Shown here: positions 36,749 through 45,525 of the stretch, piece after piece
Numbering within the stretch: the stretch's first letter is position 1
Layout: every line of letters begins with the position of its first letter
Source: Escherichia virus TH32
Sequence record: MT446405.1
Length of the DNA stretch: 64,000 bases
Reading direction: 5' to 3' (one strand)
Program-made: the position numbers and the translations under genes
Notes under the pieces: generated by a model
The model's database searches: none
Told to the model about the DNA's origin: nothing
Seen by the model: the letters and a program-made list of their open reading frames with translations, nothing else

Positions 36749-37744
36749 ATGAACATGAAACAACCTGTAATGATTATCGGCGGCGGACTGGCAGGACTTA
36801 TCACCGCTTGCCACTTCCCAAACTCCATTGTGTACGAAGCAGGGGAACGAGCGCCACAGCACAAGGCGCTACTACGCTTTCGCGGCGAAGAAGTAAGCCG
36901 TATTACCGGAATCCCTTTTAAGGCCGTGACAGTTGACAAGGCTGTGTATTTTCGCGGCAACTACTACCACGACCATTGCCCAATCAACCTTGCCAATATG
37001 TATTCCATGAAGGTCACCAATCAGTTTGGCAGCCGTTCAATCATGAAGCTTAAAACTGCAACGCGTTATATTGCGCCTGATGACTTTTATGATCAACTTG
37101 TCGATAAGCTTGGCGACCGTATATTCTTCAATACTCCGGTCGACACCCTCTGCGGCTATAGCGAGACGCCAATCATCAATACATCGCCGCTGCCCGTCAT
37201 GATGAAGCTTGCTGGTATTGATCAAAAGCTCGACTTCTCGTTTGATAAGGCAAATATACGCGTTTATCGTTTTAAGATTAAGCGCAAGTGTGAACTGTAT
37301 CAAACAATTTACTTCCCTGACTATTCTGTAAGGACTTACCGCGCATCAATTACTGGTGACACGCTGATTATCGAAACAATTCCATTGGTAAGCGTCAGCG
37401 CGGCAGCAGTTGAAGCCGCTGGCGGCATTACCCGTTATCGCGACATGAAGTTGCGTGCAGAAGTGGACGAAGTTCTGACCGCTTTTGGTCTTTCATGGAA
37501 TGACATCTCTTTGGAAGAAGTTGAAAAGGTTGACCAGAAGTATGGCAAGATTGTCGACATTCCTAAAGACTTGCGCCACGCCTTACTGCTCCAGCTGACC
37601 ATGGATTTGAACGTATTTAGTGTCGGTCGCTTTGCTACTTGGCGAAACATTTTGCTTGATGACGTTGCTCATGACCTTGTTGAAGTTGAAAAACTCATCA
37701 AAGCAAATAACTATCAAAAATTTGCTTATATTGCTAATAAATAA
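36749..37744 (+). CDS. FAD/NAD(P)-binding Rossmann-fold protein
   Basis: N-terminal VMIIGGGLAGLITA (GxGxxG dinucleotide-binding motif); 331 aa. Confidence 0.5.
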   Translation: MNMKQPVMIIGGGLAGLITACHFPNSIVYEAGERAPQHKALLRFRGEEVSRITGIPFKAVTVDKAVYFRGNYYHDHCPINLANMYSMKVTNQFGSRSIMKLKTATRYIAPDDFYDQLVDKLGDRIFFNTPVDTLCGYSETPIINTSPLPVMMKLAGIDQKLDFSFDKANIRVYRFKIKRKCELYQTIYFPDYSVRTYRASITGDTLIIETIPLVSVSAAAVEAAGGITRYRDMKLRAEVDEVLTAFGLSWNDISLEEVEKVDQKYGKIVDIPKDLRHALLLQLTMDLNVFSVGRFATWRNILLDDVAHDLVEVEKLIKANNYQKFAYIANK

Positions 37745-37745
37745 T

Positions 37746-37773
37746 TTGCTTTCTGCTTCAATGGGCGTATACT
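37746..37773 (+). promoter_or_regulatory. sigma70-like promoter with dyad symmetry around -10
   Basis: TTGCTT-N16-TATACT; 12 bp inverted repeat arms 37752-37763 / 37779-37790. Confidence 0.4.
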
Positions 37774-37809
37774 TTAATCATTGAAGCAGAACTCATAGAG
37801 GAAACGAAA

Positions 37810-38256
37810 ATGAAACGAATCACTGGAATCGCGCTTGCCGCGACTGCTATTCTCGGAACCATGTATATGGAAGCGACTGAAGCCGCTGTCCGTACTTCCG
37901 ATTCAATCGCCGTGTATGATTGCGAAGCGATGGACGGTAAAACCGCAGCAACCACTGGCGCAACTATCACAGCTTACATCGGCGTGAACGAGCAAGAAGG
38001 TTTGAACATTCAGATTCAAGGATTCACAGGGAAAGGTGCCAACCGTACTCCGTGGATGCAACGTTTCACTTTCGTTCAGCCTCGTTCAACTGGCGGCTTC
38101 ATCAACCTCATTGGTGAAAACCGTTCTGGTGCAGAAATCTTTACATCAATGAGTTCTAATGATGAACCAAAGAAAAGTTTTCAGTTGCTTTATAACGCAC
38201 AATTCGTTTATCATTGCACCTTCTCTGGTGATCAGCAACTAGTGAATTACCGTTAA
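37810..38256 (+). CDS. secreted/periplasmic protein (signal peptide)
   Basis: N-terminal MKRITGIALAATAILGT... signal-like sequence; AGAGGA RBS. Confidence 0.45.
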   Translation: MKRITGIALAATAILGTMYMEATEAAVRTSDSIAVYDCEAMDGKTAATTGATITAYIGVNEQEGLNIQIQGFTGKGANRTPWMQRFTFVQPRSTGGFINLIGENRSGAEIFTSMSSNDEPKKSFQLLYNAQFVYHCTFSGDQQLVNYR

Positions 38257-38269
38257 TAGGATAATTAAA

Positions 38270-39100
38270 ATGAAAGTTGAATTAATTCGATACACCCAAA
38301 ATGCACTTGACCTTTTGCTGGAAACAAAGAACACGCGCATGACTGGCAAGCCCGTCTCTGAGATGACAGAATCAGAGAAGCAAGAGCACTGGCGCTACAT
38401 GCTTGACACCATCAAGTCACCTTTCGACTTTGTTGACTATATCTTTGACATCACTGATGTATCAAAGAATATGACTCATCAAATGGTGCGCACACGAACA
38501 GGTGCATATCAAGAACGAACAAGCCGCGCTCAGGAGTCTTCTGCCTTTGATGCGATTCGTCCGAAGGCATTTTCACACCAAAATCCAGAGTTGATTGATC
38601 ACTGTGAAGCATTTGGAACTGATGAAGAGCAACAATCTTTACTTCAAAAGCAATACTTAGCAGAGAAGTGGGATGACGCAATGGCGACTATCGATGCTTT
38701 GTATCAAGAACTTCGCGCGGCTGGCGCAGAGATTCAAGATGCACGTGCCGTGTTGCCTTCTAATATGCAAACGCATATCATGGCAAAGTTCAACTTGCGC
38801 ACCCTGCAGCAAATGGCCTCTAACCGCTTGTGCACGCGCACTCAAGGCGAGTATCAAGAAGTATTCCGTGCAATGGTTGCGGAAGTCCTTAAGGTGCACC
38901 CGTGGGCTAATCCTTTACTACAGCCGCAGTGCATCGGTATGGGTAAGTGCGCATTTCCTCGTCACGGTAAGGCCCATTGCCCTTGGTATCGTGATTGGAT
39001 GGATACCACGGCACAGCAAGAAGAGTTGCGCATCCAGTTTTGGAGTGCAATGCCAATCACCAACAATCCAGTTGCTAAAGATGGAGTATCAAAAGGATGA
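38270..39100 (+). CDS. ThyX-like (flavin-dependent thymidylate synthase family) protein, divergent
   Basis: VRTRTGAYQERTSR aligns with the ThyX signature RHRxxSYNExSxR but with His replaced by Thr. Confidence 0.4.
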   Translation: MKVELIRYTQNALDLLLETKNTRMTGKPVSEMTESEKQEHWRYMLDTIKSPFDFVDYIFDITDVSKNMTHQMVRTRTGAYQERTSRAQESSAFDAIRPKAFSHQNPELIDHCEAFGTDEEQQSLLQKQYLAEKWDDAMATIDALYQELRAAGAEIQDARAVLPSNMQTHIMAKFNLRTLQQMASNRLCTRTQGEYQEVFRAMVAEVLKVHPWANPLLQPQCIGMGKCAFPRHGKAHCPWYRDWMDTTAQQEELRIQFWSAMPITNNPVAKDGVSKG

Positions 39101-39969
39101 GCATTAAAAACAGCGAAATCTTAAACGTATTCGACCTTGACGGAACGCTGTTTGATGACCGTTGGCGCTTAGACCGCATCAAGGTGGCAGGTCCGTTGTC
39201 AGACTATGATGACTATCACAGCGGTATTGGTTATGATCAGTTCTATCCTCACATTGCATCAGCAGTAGAGGCTGCATCTCTTCGCGGTGAGGCGGTTGAA
39301 TATTGGACTGCAAGACCAGAAAAATACAGACAAGTGACTTTTGAGCGTCTGGACAATGTTTTCCCTTTTGATGAATTTACAATCAAGATGAGAGACTCTG
39401 GCGACAAACGTCCATCAACTATTATGAAATCTGCATGGCTATCGCACGCTTTGCGGCACGGCGATTATCGAATCATCAATGTATTCGACGACCGACAAGA
39501 CGTACTCGCGCGGATGCAAGATGAAGCATTGTATTATAACTCCGTTGCTCAAAATAAAATCGCTTTTACATTTAATCTTTGCAAAGCAGGTGAAGTGGTG
39601 CAACAATTAGCAATTGATCCAAGCGCAACAGGGCAAGAAGATACTAAGGCTGTGGAAGTTGAACAATCTCCGGCAACTGCCGCCGATATTCTTGATGCGA
39701 TGGCCGCGACCTTCCGTGAGCGCAACGCCGTTTATGGCGATAACGCTGTGATGGTGGGCCAGGTGATGCAAGTTCTCTTCCCTAATGGCGTCACGTTGAA
39801 AACGCCGGAAGACTACCACATGTGGCACCTCTTCGAGCTTAAGATTGTCAAGCTTACACGCTTCGCAATCAGCGGCCTGAAGCACGAAGACTCTATACAC
39901 GATGATGGTGTTTACAGCGCCATGTGTGAACGTCTTGTGAACACCCATAATATTAATTTCAATAAATAG
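39097..39969 (+). CDS. HAD-superfamily phosphatase domain protein (nucleotidase candidate)
   Basis: Motif I VFDLDGTLFDD; motif IV-like INVFDDRQD; extra C-terminal domain of about 120 aa. Confidence 0.6.
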   Translation: MSIKNSEILNVFDLDGTLFDDRWRLDRIKVAGPLSDYDDYHSGIGYDQFYPHIASAVEAASLRGEAVEYWTARPEKYRQVTFERLDNVFPFDEFTIKMRDSGDKRPSTIMKSAWLSHALRHGDYRIINVFDDRQDVLARMQDEALYYNSVAQNKIAFTFNLCKAGEVVQQLAIDPSATGQEDTKAVEVEQSPATAADILDAMAATFRERNAVYGDNAVMVGQVMQVLFPNGVTLKTPEDYHMWHLFELKIVKLTRFAISGLKHEDSIHDDGVYSAMCERLVNTHNINFNK

Positions 39970-39970
39970 T

Positions 39971-39998
39971 TTACTTGTGCGTTTCGATGAGTTATATT
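39971..39998 (+). promoter_or_regulatory. sigma70-like promoter with dyad symmetry around -10
   Basis: TTACTT-N16-TATATT; inverted repeat arms 39980-39991 / 40002-40013; downstream TCATCGAAACGAA box. Confidence 0.4.
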
Positions 39999-40034
39999 TA
40001 TCTCATCGAAACGAAGTCCAAAAAGGATAAATAA

Positions 40035-40718
40035 ATGAAAAAGGTAATTGTTGTAACAGGTGCCAATTCCGGTCTTGGTAAATCTATTTTTGACACCCTT
40101 GGCGCTTACGGTCACGAAGTCGTCGGAATCGATTTAGAGAACGGCTATGACATTCGTAACGCAAAACAGATGAAAGAACTTCTTAGCGGTTACGACGTAG
40201 AAGGCTTGATCAACTGTGCTGGCGTAAACTCTAACAACTGGTTTGAAGACGTCGATTATGAAGAGTTTAATCGCGTTATGCATACTAACGCATTCTCTTT
40301 CGTCAACACAACACAGGCTGCGTTGAAAAGTCTTGTCGATAATAAAGGCTTTGTTATTAACATTGTCTCTAACGCCGCGCATATTCCTATGACGTCCAGT
40401 TTGTGCTATAATGCATCCAAGGCCGCTGCGCTTATGATCACTAAGCAGATGGCGCACGAGCTTACGCCTAAATACGGTATTACGGTATTCTCTATTAGTC
40501 CGAACAAGTTGCGCGGCACTGGCATGTCTAAACAGATTGAAGATGCTGTTTGTGCAACTCGCGGGTGGACCCCTGAGTATGCCGCTGAATACCAGAAAAA
40601 GGCATTGATGAACGGATTGGAGACTGAGCCGCAAGTAATTGCTGACTTCATTCGCCATATCTTAATTACGGGCGCATGGCGCTTTATGTCTGGTACTGAT
40701 ATTCCATTTGGGAAATAA
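40035..40718 (+). CDS. short-chain dehydrogenase/reductase (SDR)
   Basis: TGANSGLGKS cofactor motif, NAG-like segment, catalytic YNASK (YxxxK). Confidence 0.8.
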   Translation: MKKVIVVTGANSGLGKSIFDTLGAYGHEVVGIDLENGYDIRNAKQMKELLSGYDVEGLINCAGVNSNNWFEDVDYEEFNRVMHTNAFSFVNTTQAALKSLVDNKGFVINIVSNAAHIPMTSSLCYNASKAAALMITKQMAHELTPKYGITVFSISPNKLRGTGMSKQIEDAVCATRGWTPEYAAEYQKKALMNGLETEPQVIADFIRHILITGAWRFMSGTDIPFGK

Positions 40719-40721
40719 ATC

Positions 40722-40937
40722 ATGAACAAAGCCTGGTTAGCGGTGATTGGTCTGGTCCTTCTGGTTGTATTGGGATACACTATCAAATTTGAAGTTCCAA
40801 ATCCTGCTGAGCCTGACAAAAAGATTGTCGTTGAAGTACCAGGCGCGAAAGGGGAATTACCAAAACCTAAATTCGAAGTGGTAACGCCTGCGCCTGAAAA
40901 ACCGCAGGACTCTGATAACACCGTAATCAATAAGTGA
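40722..40937 (+). CDS. small membrane-anchored Pro-rich protein
   Basis: N-terminal TMD (AWLAVIGLVLLVVLGY) then Pro/Lys-rich tail. Confidence 0.4.
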   Translation: MNKAWLAVIGLVLLVVLGYTIKFEVPNPAEPDKKIVVEVPGAKGELPKPKFEVVTPAPEKPQDSDNTVINK

Positions 40938-41070
40938 GATTATGGAAGAAGAATTTAACATCCCTGGTCTGGATGAAGAAAAAGACTATGCTGCTGAAGT
41001 AGTCAGCAAAGAAGAAACTCATGAAGCCGACAACGTTTGCGGCGATGCTTGTAAAATCTAAGGAAACAAA

Positions 41071-41622
41071 ATGCCACATTTTAAAATTGAACAAATCGCC
41101 CTGTCAATTCCAGATGCTCAGCGCGCACAGGATTTCTTGGCTAAAATCGGCCTGACAGAATGGTTCCATGATCATGTTGTTGCTACTGGTCGCGTATTTG
41201 AAGCTGATGACTTTAAAGGTCGTCGCGACGATTGCACCAATGAAGCTGACTTGCGCTTCAACTATCAGGCTGGCAACGGTACTGATGGCAGAGCTGGTAA
41301 GCCTCTTGAGCTTGAAATCCTTGACTACACAATGGGCTGCAACTGGATTAACGAAAACATCGAATATATCGATGCGCATGACAATCAGGTCAGCCACCTT
41401 GGCATGCACGTGACTGCCGCTGAACTTGCTGAATGGCGTAAGTTCTTTAAAGAAGAAGGTATTCAGGTTGCACAGGAAGTTGTAACTGACTCTCATACCA
41501 ACCCGAACATTGCTGGTCAACGTCGTTACAACTATGTGATCTTTGATACGCGTGAAATCATCGGCGTTGATTTGAAGTTTATCGTGCGCTTGAATCAAGA
41601 CGGTACTCCGTACACCGTATAA
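41071..41622 (+). CDS. VOC/glyoxalase-like fold protein (putative)
   Basis: N-terminal IEQIALSIPDAQRAQDFLAKIGL resembles the first beta-alpha-beta unit of glyoxalase/bleomycin-resistance proteins; weak. Confidence 0.3.
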   Translation: MPHFKIEQIALSIPDAQRAQDFLAKIGLTEWFHDHVVATGRVFEADDFKGRRDDCTNEADLRFNYQAGNGTDGRAGKPLELEILDYTMGCNWINENIEYIDAHDNQVSHLGMHVTAAELAEWRKFFKEEGIQVAQEVVTDSHTNPNIAGQRRYNYVIFDTREIIGVDLKFIVRLNQDGTPYTV

Positions 41623-41638
41623 CGAATCGTGAATCTGT

Positions 41639-41663
41639 GGCCGTCCTAATGGGCGGCCTTTTT
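41639..41663 (+). terminator. rho-independent terminator
   Basis: GGCCG-tcctaatgg-GCGGCC followed by TTTTT. Confidence 0.55.
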
Positions 41664-41676
41664 GTAGGAGGCTAAT

Positions 41677-42219
41677 GTGTTATTTCTCCCTTATGACTTC
41701 GAAACAACCGGATTGACCGTGCACCCGAAAGCGCCGCTTGGGATGCAGCCGCGCCCTATTGAATTTGCAGGTCTGTTGACAGACGGCAAAGAGATTCTTG
41801 AAACGTTTGAATTCATAATTAATCCTGAAATCGTGATTGAAGAAATTATCACAAAGATTACCGGATTAACAAATGAAGATATTGAGTGCAATCCACCGTT
41901 CATCAATTTCGTCCCGCAGCTAAAAGAAATATTCAAGAAGACTGATGCAACTATCGCGCATAACCATGCGTTCGATAAAAACATTCTTGATTATGCACTA
42001 CAGCGCGAAGGACTTACGCTTGATGATGTTAATTTTCCAGAAATAAACATATGTACAGTTGAGCAAACCTTGCCTATTTTTGGCCGAAGAGTTAAGCTTC
42101 AAGAGCTGTATGAATTATATTTCGGAAAATATGAACAGAAGCACCGTGCATTAGACGACGTAATATTACTGCACAAAGTCTGCCAACAAATTGGTGTATA
42201 TGACATCTGGAGTAAATAA
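41677..42219 (+). CDS. DnaQ-like 3'-5' exonuclease (DEDDh)
   Basis: GTG start; Exo I YDFETTGL, Exo II IAHNHAFDKNIL, Exo III HRALDDVILL. Confidence 0.75.
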   Translation: MLFLPYDFETTGLTVHPKAPLGMQPRPIEFAGLLTDGKEILETFEFIINPEIVIEEIITKITGLTNEDIECNPPFINFVPQLKEIFKKTDATIAHNHAFDKNILDYALQREGLTLDDVNFPEINICTVEQTLPIFGRRVKLQELYELYFGKYEQKHRALDDVILLHKVCQQIGVYDIWSK

Positions 42220-45116
42220 TGTTTCCACAATTGAGAGTTCGCAGCGGTTACACGTTCAAAGAAGTTTATGGACGGCACCCTGAAATTATAGCACGGCTCA
42301 AAGAGTTGGGCTGCGAAGTCGCGGCATTAGTTGATAACAACACATGGGGTCATGTCCGCTGGGAAAAGGAATGCCAGAAAAATTATATTAAGCCTATGTT
42401 TGGGATGGAGATTCCAATCATCGACCCTGATGCGGACCCGAAAAAGGGATTCAAACCGAAGGCTTGGATTCTTGCGCTTGATTTAAAATCTTTCTACAAC
42501 GCAACCACGCTTGCAACCAAAAAGGGCGGCTTAACCCGTGCAGAGTTCGGTGCGCTTGATGGCGTAGTTAAATTCTGTGGCGGTGCCGTGGAGCTGTTGC
42601 GGCCAGAGGACTATGACTATATAGACGTCAACCCATCATCGTTCCTTTTGGCAAAGCGCCAGGTATTGGCTCATCGCGCAGGAGGAAGGCCGCTGGTTTT
42701 AACCGGATACAATCACATGCCTTCACCTGAGCACGTTGACTTTGCTTATGCTTGGGAAGTGCGCGACACGGTTAAGCCGCACTGCATCGTAAGCGATGAA
42801 GAGTTGCGGAGTCAACTAAAAGGTATTCTTACAGAAGACGAGCTTGCACAGGCAACTTCAAATGCCATTGACATCGCAAATGGCATAGTCGGGCTTGACC
42901 TTAAACTGCGCAAGGCTCCGATTATTCACCTTGCAGGCGACATGGTAAAACTTGCTCGTGAGGGGATGGAGTACCGTCTAAAAGCAGGTCACATCAAAGA
43001 ATGGACTCAGGAATATGAGGACCGCTTCAACGAAGAAATTCATCAGATTCAGCTGAAAGATTTCGACTCATACTTTCTGGTGGTAGCGGACCTTGTACGA
43101 TTCGCAAAAACAAAAATGCTCGTCGGTCCTGCGCGCGGCTCATCGGCTGGTTCACTGGTTTGTTATTGCTTAGGCATCACGGAAGTGGACCCAATCCCGT
43201 ATAAGCTGCTGTTTGCCCGATTCATCGACGTAAGCCGCGCCGACCTTCCTGACATCGACATCGACTTTGAAGATACCAAACGCTATATGGTGTTTGATTA
43301 TCTTAAAGAGAAATACGGCGAAATGAACGTTGCAAAGCTTGGCAACATCAACACGCTTAAGGCCAACTCAGTAATGGCTCAAGTTGGTAAGAAGTTCAAC
43401 ATTGGATACCACGAAACAGCCAACATTAAAAACGCACTGCTTGAATACTCATCCGGTGACGCCCGTTATGGTCACGGCCTGGAGGATACCTTTGCAACAA
43501 CGACCACGGGTCAAGAGTTCGTGGCTAAATATCCTGATGCCGCGCGTTGCATGGGTGACCTTGAGATTCACCCGTCCCACACAGGTGTTCACGCAGCGGG
43601 AATCATTGTGTGTAATGACCCAATCTCTGATTACTGTACTGTAACTGCAGAAGGGATTGCGCAAATCGATAAGCCTGACAGCGAATACCTCAACCTTTTG
43701 AAGCTTGATGCGCTGGGCCTTCGTACTCTCGGCATTATTTCTGATACAGGCGTTATTGATGCTGAAACGCTCTACGGAATCAAGCTTGATGATCAAAGCG
43801 TCCTTGACATTCTTAACGAAAACAAGATGTCAGGCATCTTCCAGTTTGAAGGTGATGCTGTACGTTCAGTAACAAACTTTGTGCACGTCGACAACTTTAA
43901 CAAAATCGACAACCTGACGGCTTTGGGTCGACCTGGCCCGTTGTCATCCGGTATGGCCCAGAAATACATTGAACGCGCGGCAGGGCGTGCGCCGATTGAA
44001 TACGACGTGCCGCAGCTTGAGCCGTACTTAAAAGAGACTTACGGCGTGTTTCTTTACCAAGAGCAAATCATGGCCGTGGTTAAAGAGATTGGTTCATTTG
44101 ACTGGGCGAAAACGTCAGCTGTACGTAAGGCGATGTCAGGCCGTAAGGGTGAGGAATACTTTAACAAGCTTGGCGAGGACTTTGTTGCAGGCGCAATCAA
44201 TAACGGCGTACCGGAAGCGGATGCAAGAAAGCTTTGGCAAGCGATGGCTACGTTCGGGTCATGGGGCTTTAACAAGTCACACTCCGTGTCATACGCGGTC
44301 GTGACCTACTGGACCTTGTGGCTTAAGCGACACTACCCGTTGGAATTTGCCGCTGCCTGCTTACGCGCTGCTAAGGACGAAGACCAGACGATTGCGATAT
44401 TACGTGAACTTGCAAAGGAAGGCGTGGATTATGTGCCAATCGACCCTGATCACTCTTCGATGAACTGGACCATCGCGAACGGAAAGCTAATCGGCGGCAT
44501 CATGAACGCGAAAGGGTACGGCATGGTGAAGGCGATGAAGTACATCGAAGCGCGTGAAGCCGGAACCTTAACGCAGAAACAAAAGGACGCATTGGCCAAT
44601 GCTGAAGTAAAATACGGCGACCTTACAGAGATGCACACAAAGTTCGGCTGGGCGTATAATGACCCGTATCTGATTGGGGTGACGTCCGGCGCTTCAATAC
44701 GCCAGATGAAGGAAGTCGGTGATGACGAGCGCGCAATAGTAATCGGCAAGTTGACAAAGAAGGTGCTTGCGGACGAGAACGAAGCAACACGCATCCGTAA
44801 ACGACTTGAGCGCGGCATCTATACAAAGCACGGCAAGCTTAAAAAGGGTCTTCAAGCTGATGGCCGCTACGCAGAGTTTGACCAGTACGGGAACAAGCTT
44901 GAGACTCAGTTCATCGACCTTATGTGCAAAGACGACTCGACCGACTCGCCAATGCGCTTCAGGATTCGTCCAGAGAAGTTCCAGAAGTACGGGAAGTACA
45001 TCGCTGAAAACGTCGGGAACGGCGCATTCTTCCTGATGAAAGGTCGTAAGCTTGAAGGCATTGACATGTTCATCGTTGACGTGATCAAACAGGTGTATCC
45101 AGATGGCAACAAATAA
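42219..45116 (+). CDS. DNA polymerase III alpha-type (C-family, DnaE-like) catalytic subunit
   Basis: GPARGSSAGSLVCYCLGITEVDP...PDIDIDF matches the DnaE palm signature GPGRGSxAGSLVAY...PDxDxDF; degenerate N-terminal PHP-like region; 965 aa. Confidence 0.9.
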   Translation: MFPQLRVRSGYTFKEVYGRHPEIIARLKELGCEVAALVDNNTWGHVRWEKECQKNYIKPMFGMEIPIIDPDADPKKGFKPKAWILALDLKSFYNATTLATKKGGLTRAEFGALDGVVKFCGGAVELLRPEDYDYIDVNPSSFLLAKRQVLAHRAGGRPLVLTGYNHMPSPEHVDFAYAWEVRDTVKPHCIVSDEELRSQLKGILTEDELAQATSNAIDIANGIVGLDLKLRKAPIIHLAGDMVKLAREGMEYRLKAGHIKEWTQEYEDRFNEEIHQIQLKDFDSYFLVVADLVRFAKTKMLVGPARGSSAGSLVCYCLGITEVDPIPYKLLFARFIDVSRADLPDIDIDFEDTKRYMVFDYLKEKYGEMNVAKLGNINTLKANSVMAQVGKKFNIGYHETANIKNALLEYSSGDARYGHGLEDTFATTTTGQEFVAKYPDAARCMGDLEIHPSHTGVHAAGIIVCNDPISDYCTVTAEGIAQIDKPDSEYLNLLKLDALGLRTLGIISDTGVIDAETLYGIKLDDQSVLDILNENKMSGIFQFEGDAVRSVTNFVHVDNFNKIDNLTALGRPGPLSSGMAQKYIERAAGRAPIEYDVPQLEPYLKETYGVFLYQEQIMAVVKEIGSFDWAKTSAVRKAMSGRKGEEYFNKLGEDFVAGAINNGVPEADARKLWQAMATFGSWGFNKSHSVSYAVVTYWTLWLKRHYPLEFAAACLRAAKDEDQTIAILRELAKEGVDYVPIDPDHSSMNWTIANGKLIGGIMNAKGYGMVKAMKYIEAREAGTLTQKQKDALANAEVKYGDLTEMHTKFGWAYNDPYLIGVTSGASIRQMKEVGDDERAIVIGKLTKKVLADENEATRIRKRLERGIYTKHGKLKKGLQADGRYAEFDQYGNKLETQFIDLMCKDDSTDSPMRFRIRPEKFQKYGKYIAENVGNGAFFLMKGRKLEGIDMFIVDVIKQVYPDGNK

Positions 45117-45525
45117 CCGTGAGCAGAAATACATATTCGTGCCTTTGAAGAAGCATTCAGAATCGGTATTGAAGCTTCAACGAATCGAGTCGATGACTGG
45201 TGATGGCGTGCCGGACGTAATCGGCACCAACCGGAAAGGGCGCGGCTTTTGGCTTGAAATGAAGTTCTTTGAATCGTGGCCTGCAAGGGCCACCACTGCA
45301 CCTTTCAGAAATGCATTTGAGAAAGGCCAATGCAGCTTCCTTTCTTCGTGGAATGATTGGCGATACCCATCATTCGTTTTGCTTAAGGTTGATTCTGAGA
45401 AGATGTTTTATTTAGTCCACCCTTCTATTGAATTAAAGCGTTATAATACTGCAGACGTTCAACGTGAGATAATCGTGAAGGGAACTATTCATCACATCAT
45501 CAAGTATTTAGAGGAATTGTCATGA
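45103..45525 (+). CDS. VRR-NUC domain nuclease
   Basis: GVPDVIGTNRKGRGFWLEMK (PD-(D/E)xK-like) plus downstream QCSFLSSW pattern. Confidence 0.6.
   Translation: MATNNREQKYIFVPLKKHSESVLKLQRIESMTGDGVPDVIGTNRKGRGFWLEMKFFESWPARATTAPFRNAFEKGQCSFLSSWNDWRYPSFVLLKVDSEKMFYLVHPSIELKRYNTADVQREIIVKGTIHHIIKYLEELS

Noticed and set aside
40134-40930. Two long minus-strand ORFs (174 aa each) overlapping the SDR gene
   Set aside because: Antisense to a gene with strong SDR motifs in a plus-strand operon; judged non-coding.
44694-45301. Minus-strand ORFs overlapping the 3' end of the polymerase gene and VRR-NUC gene
   Set aside because: Antisense to genes with clear conserved motifs.
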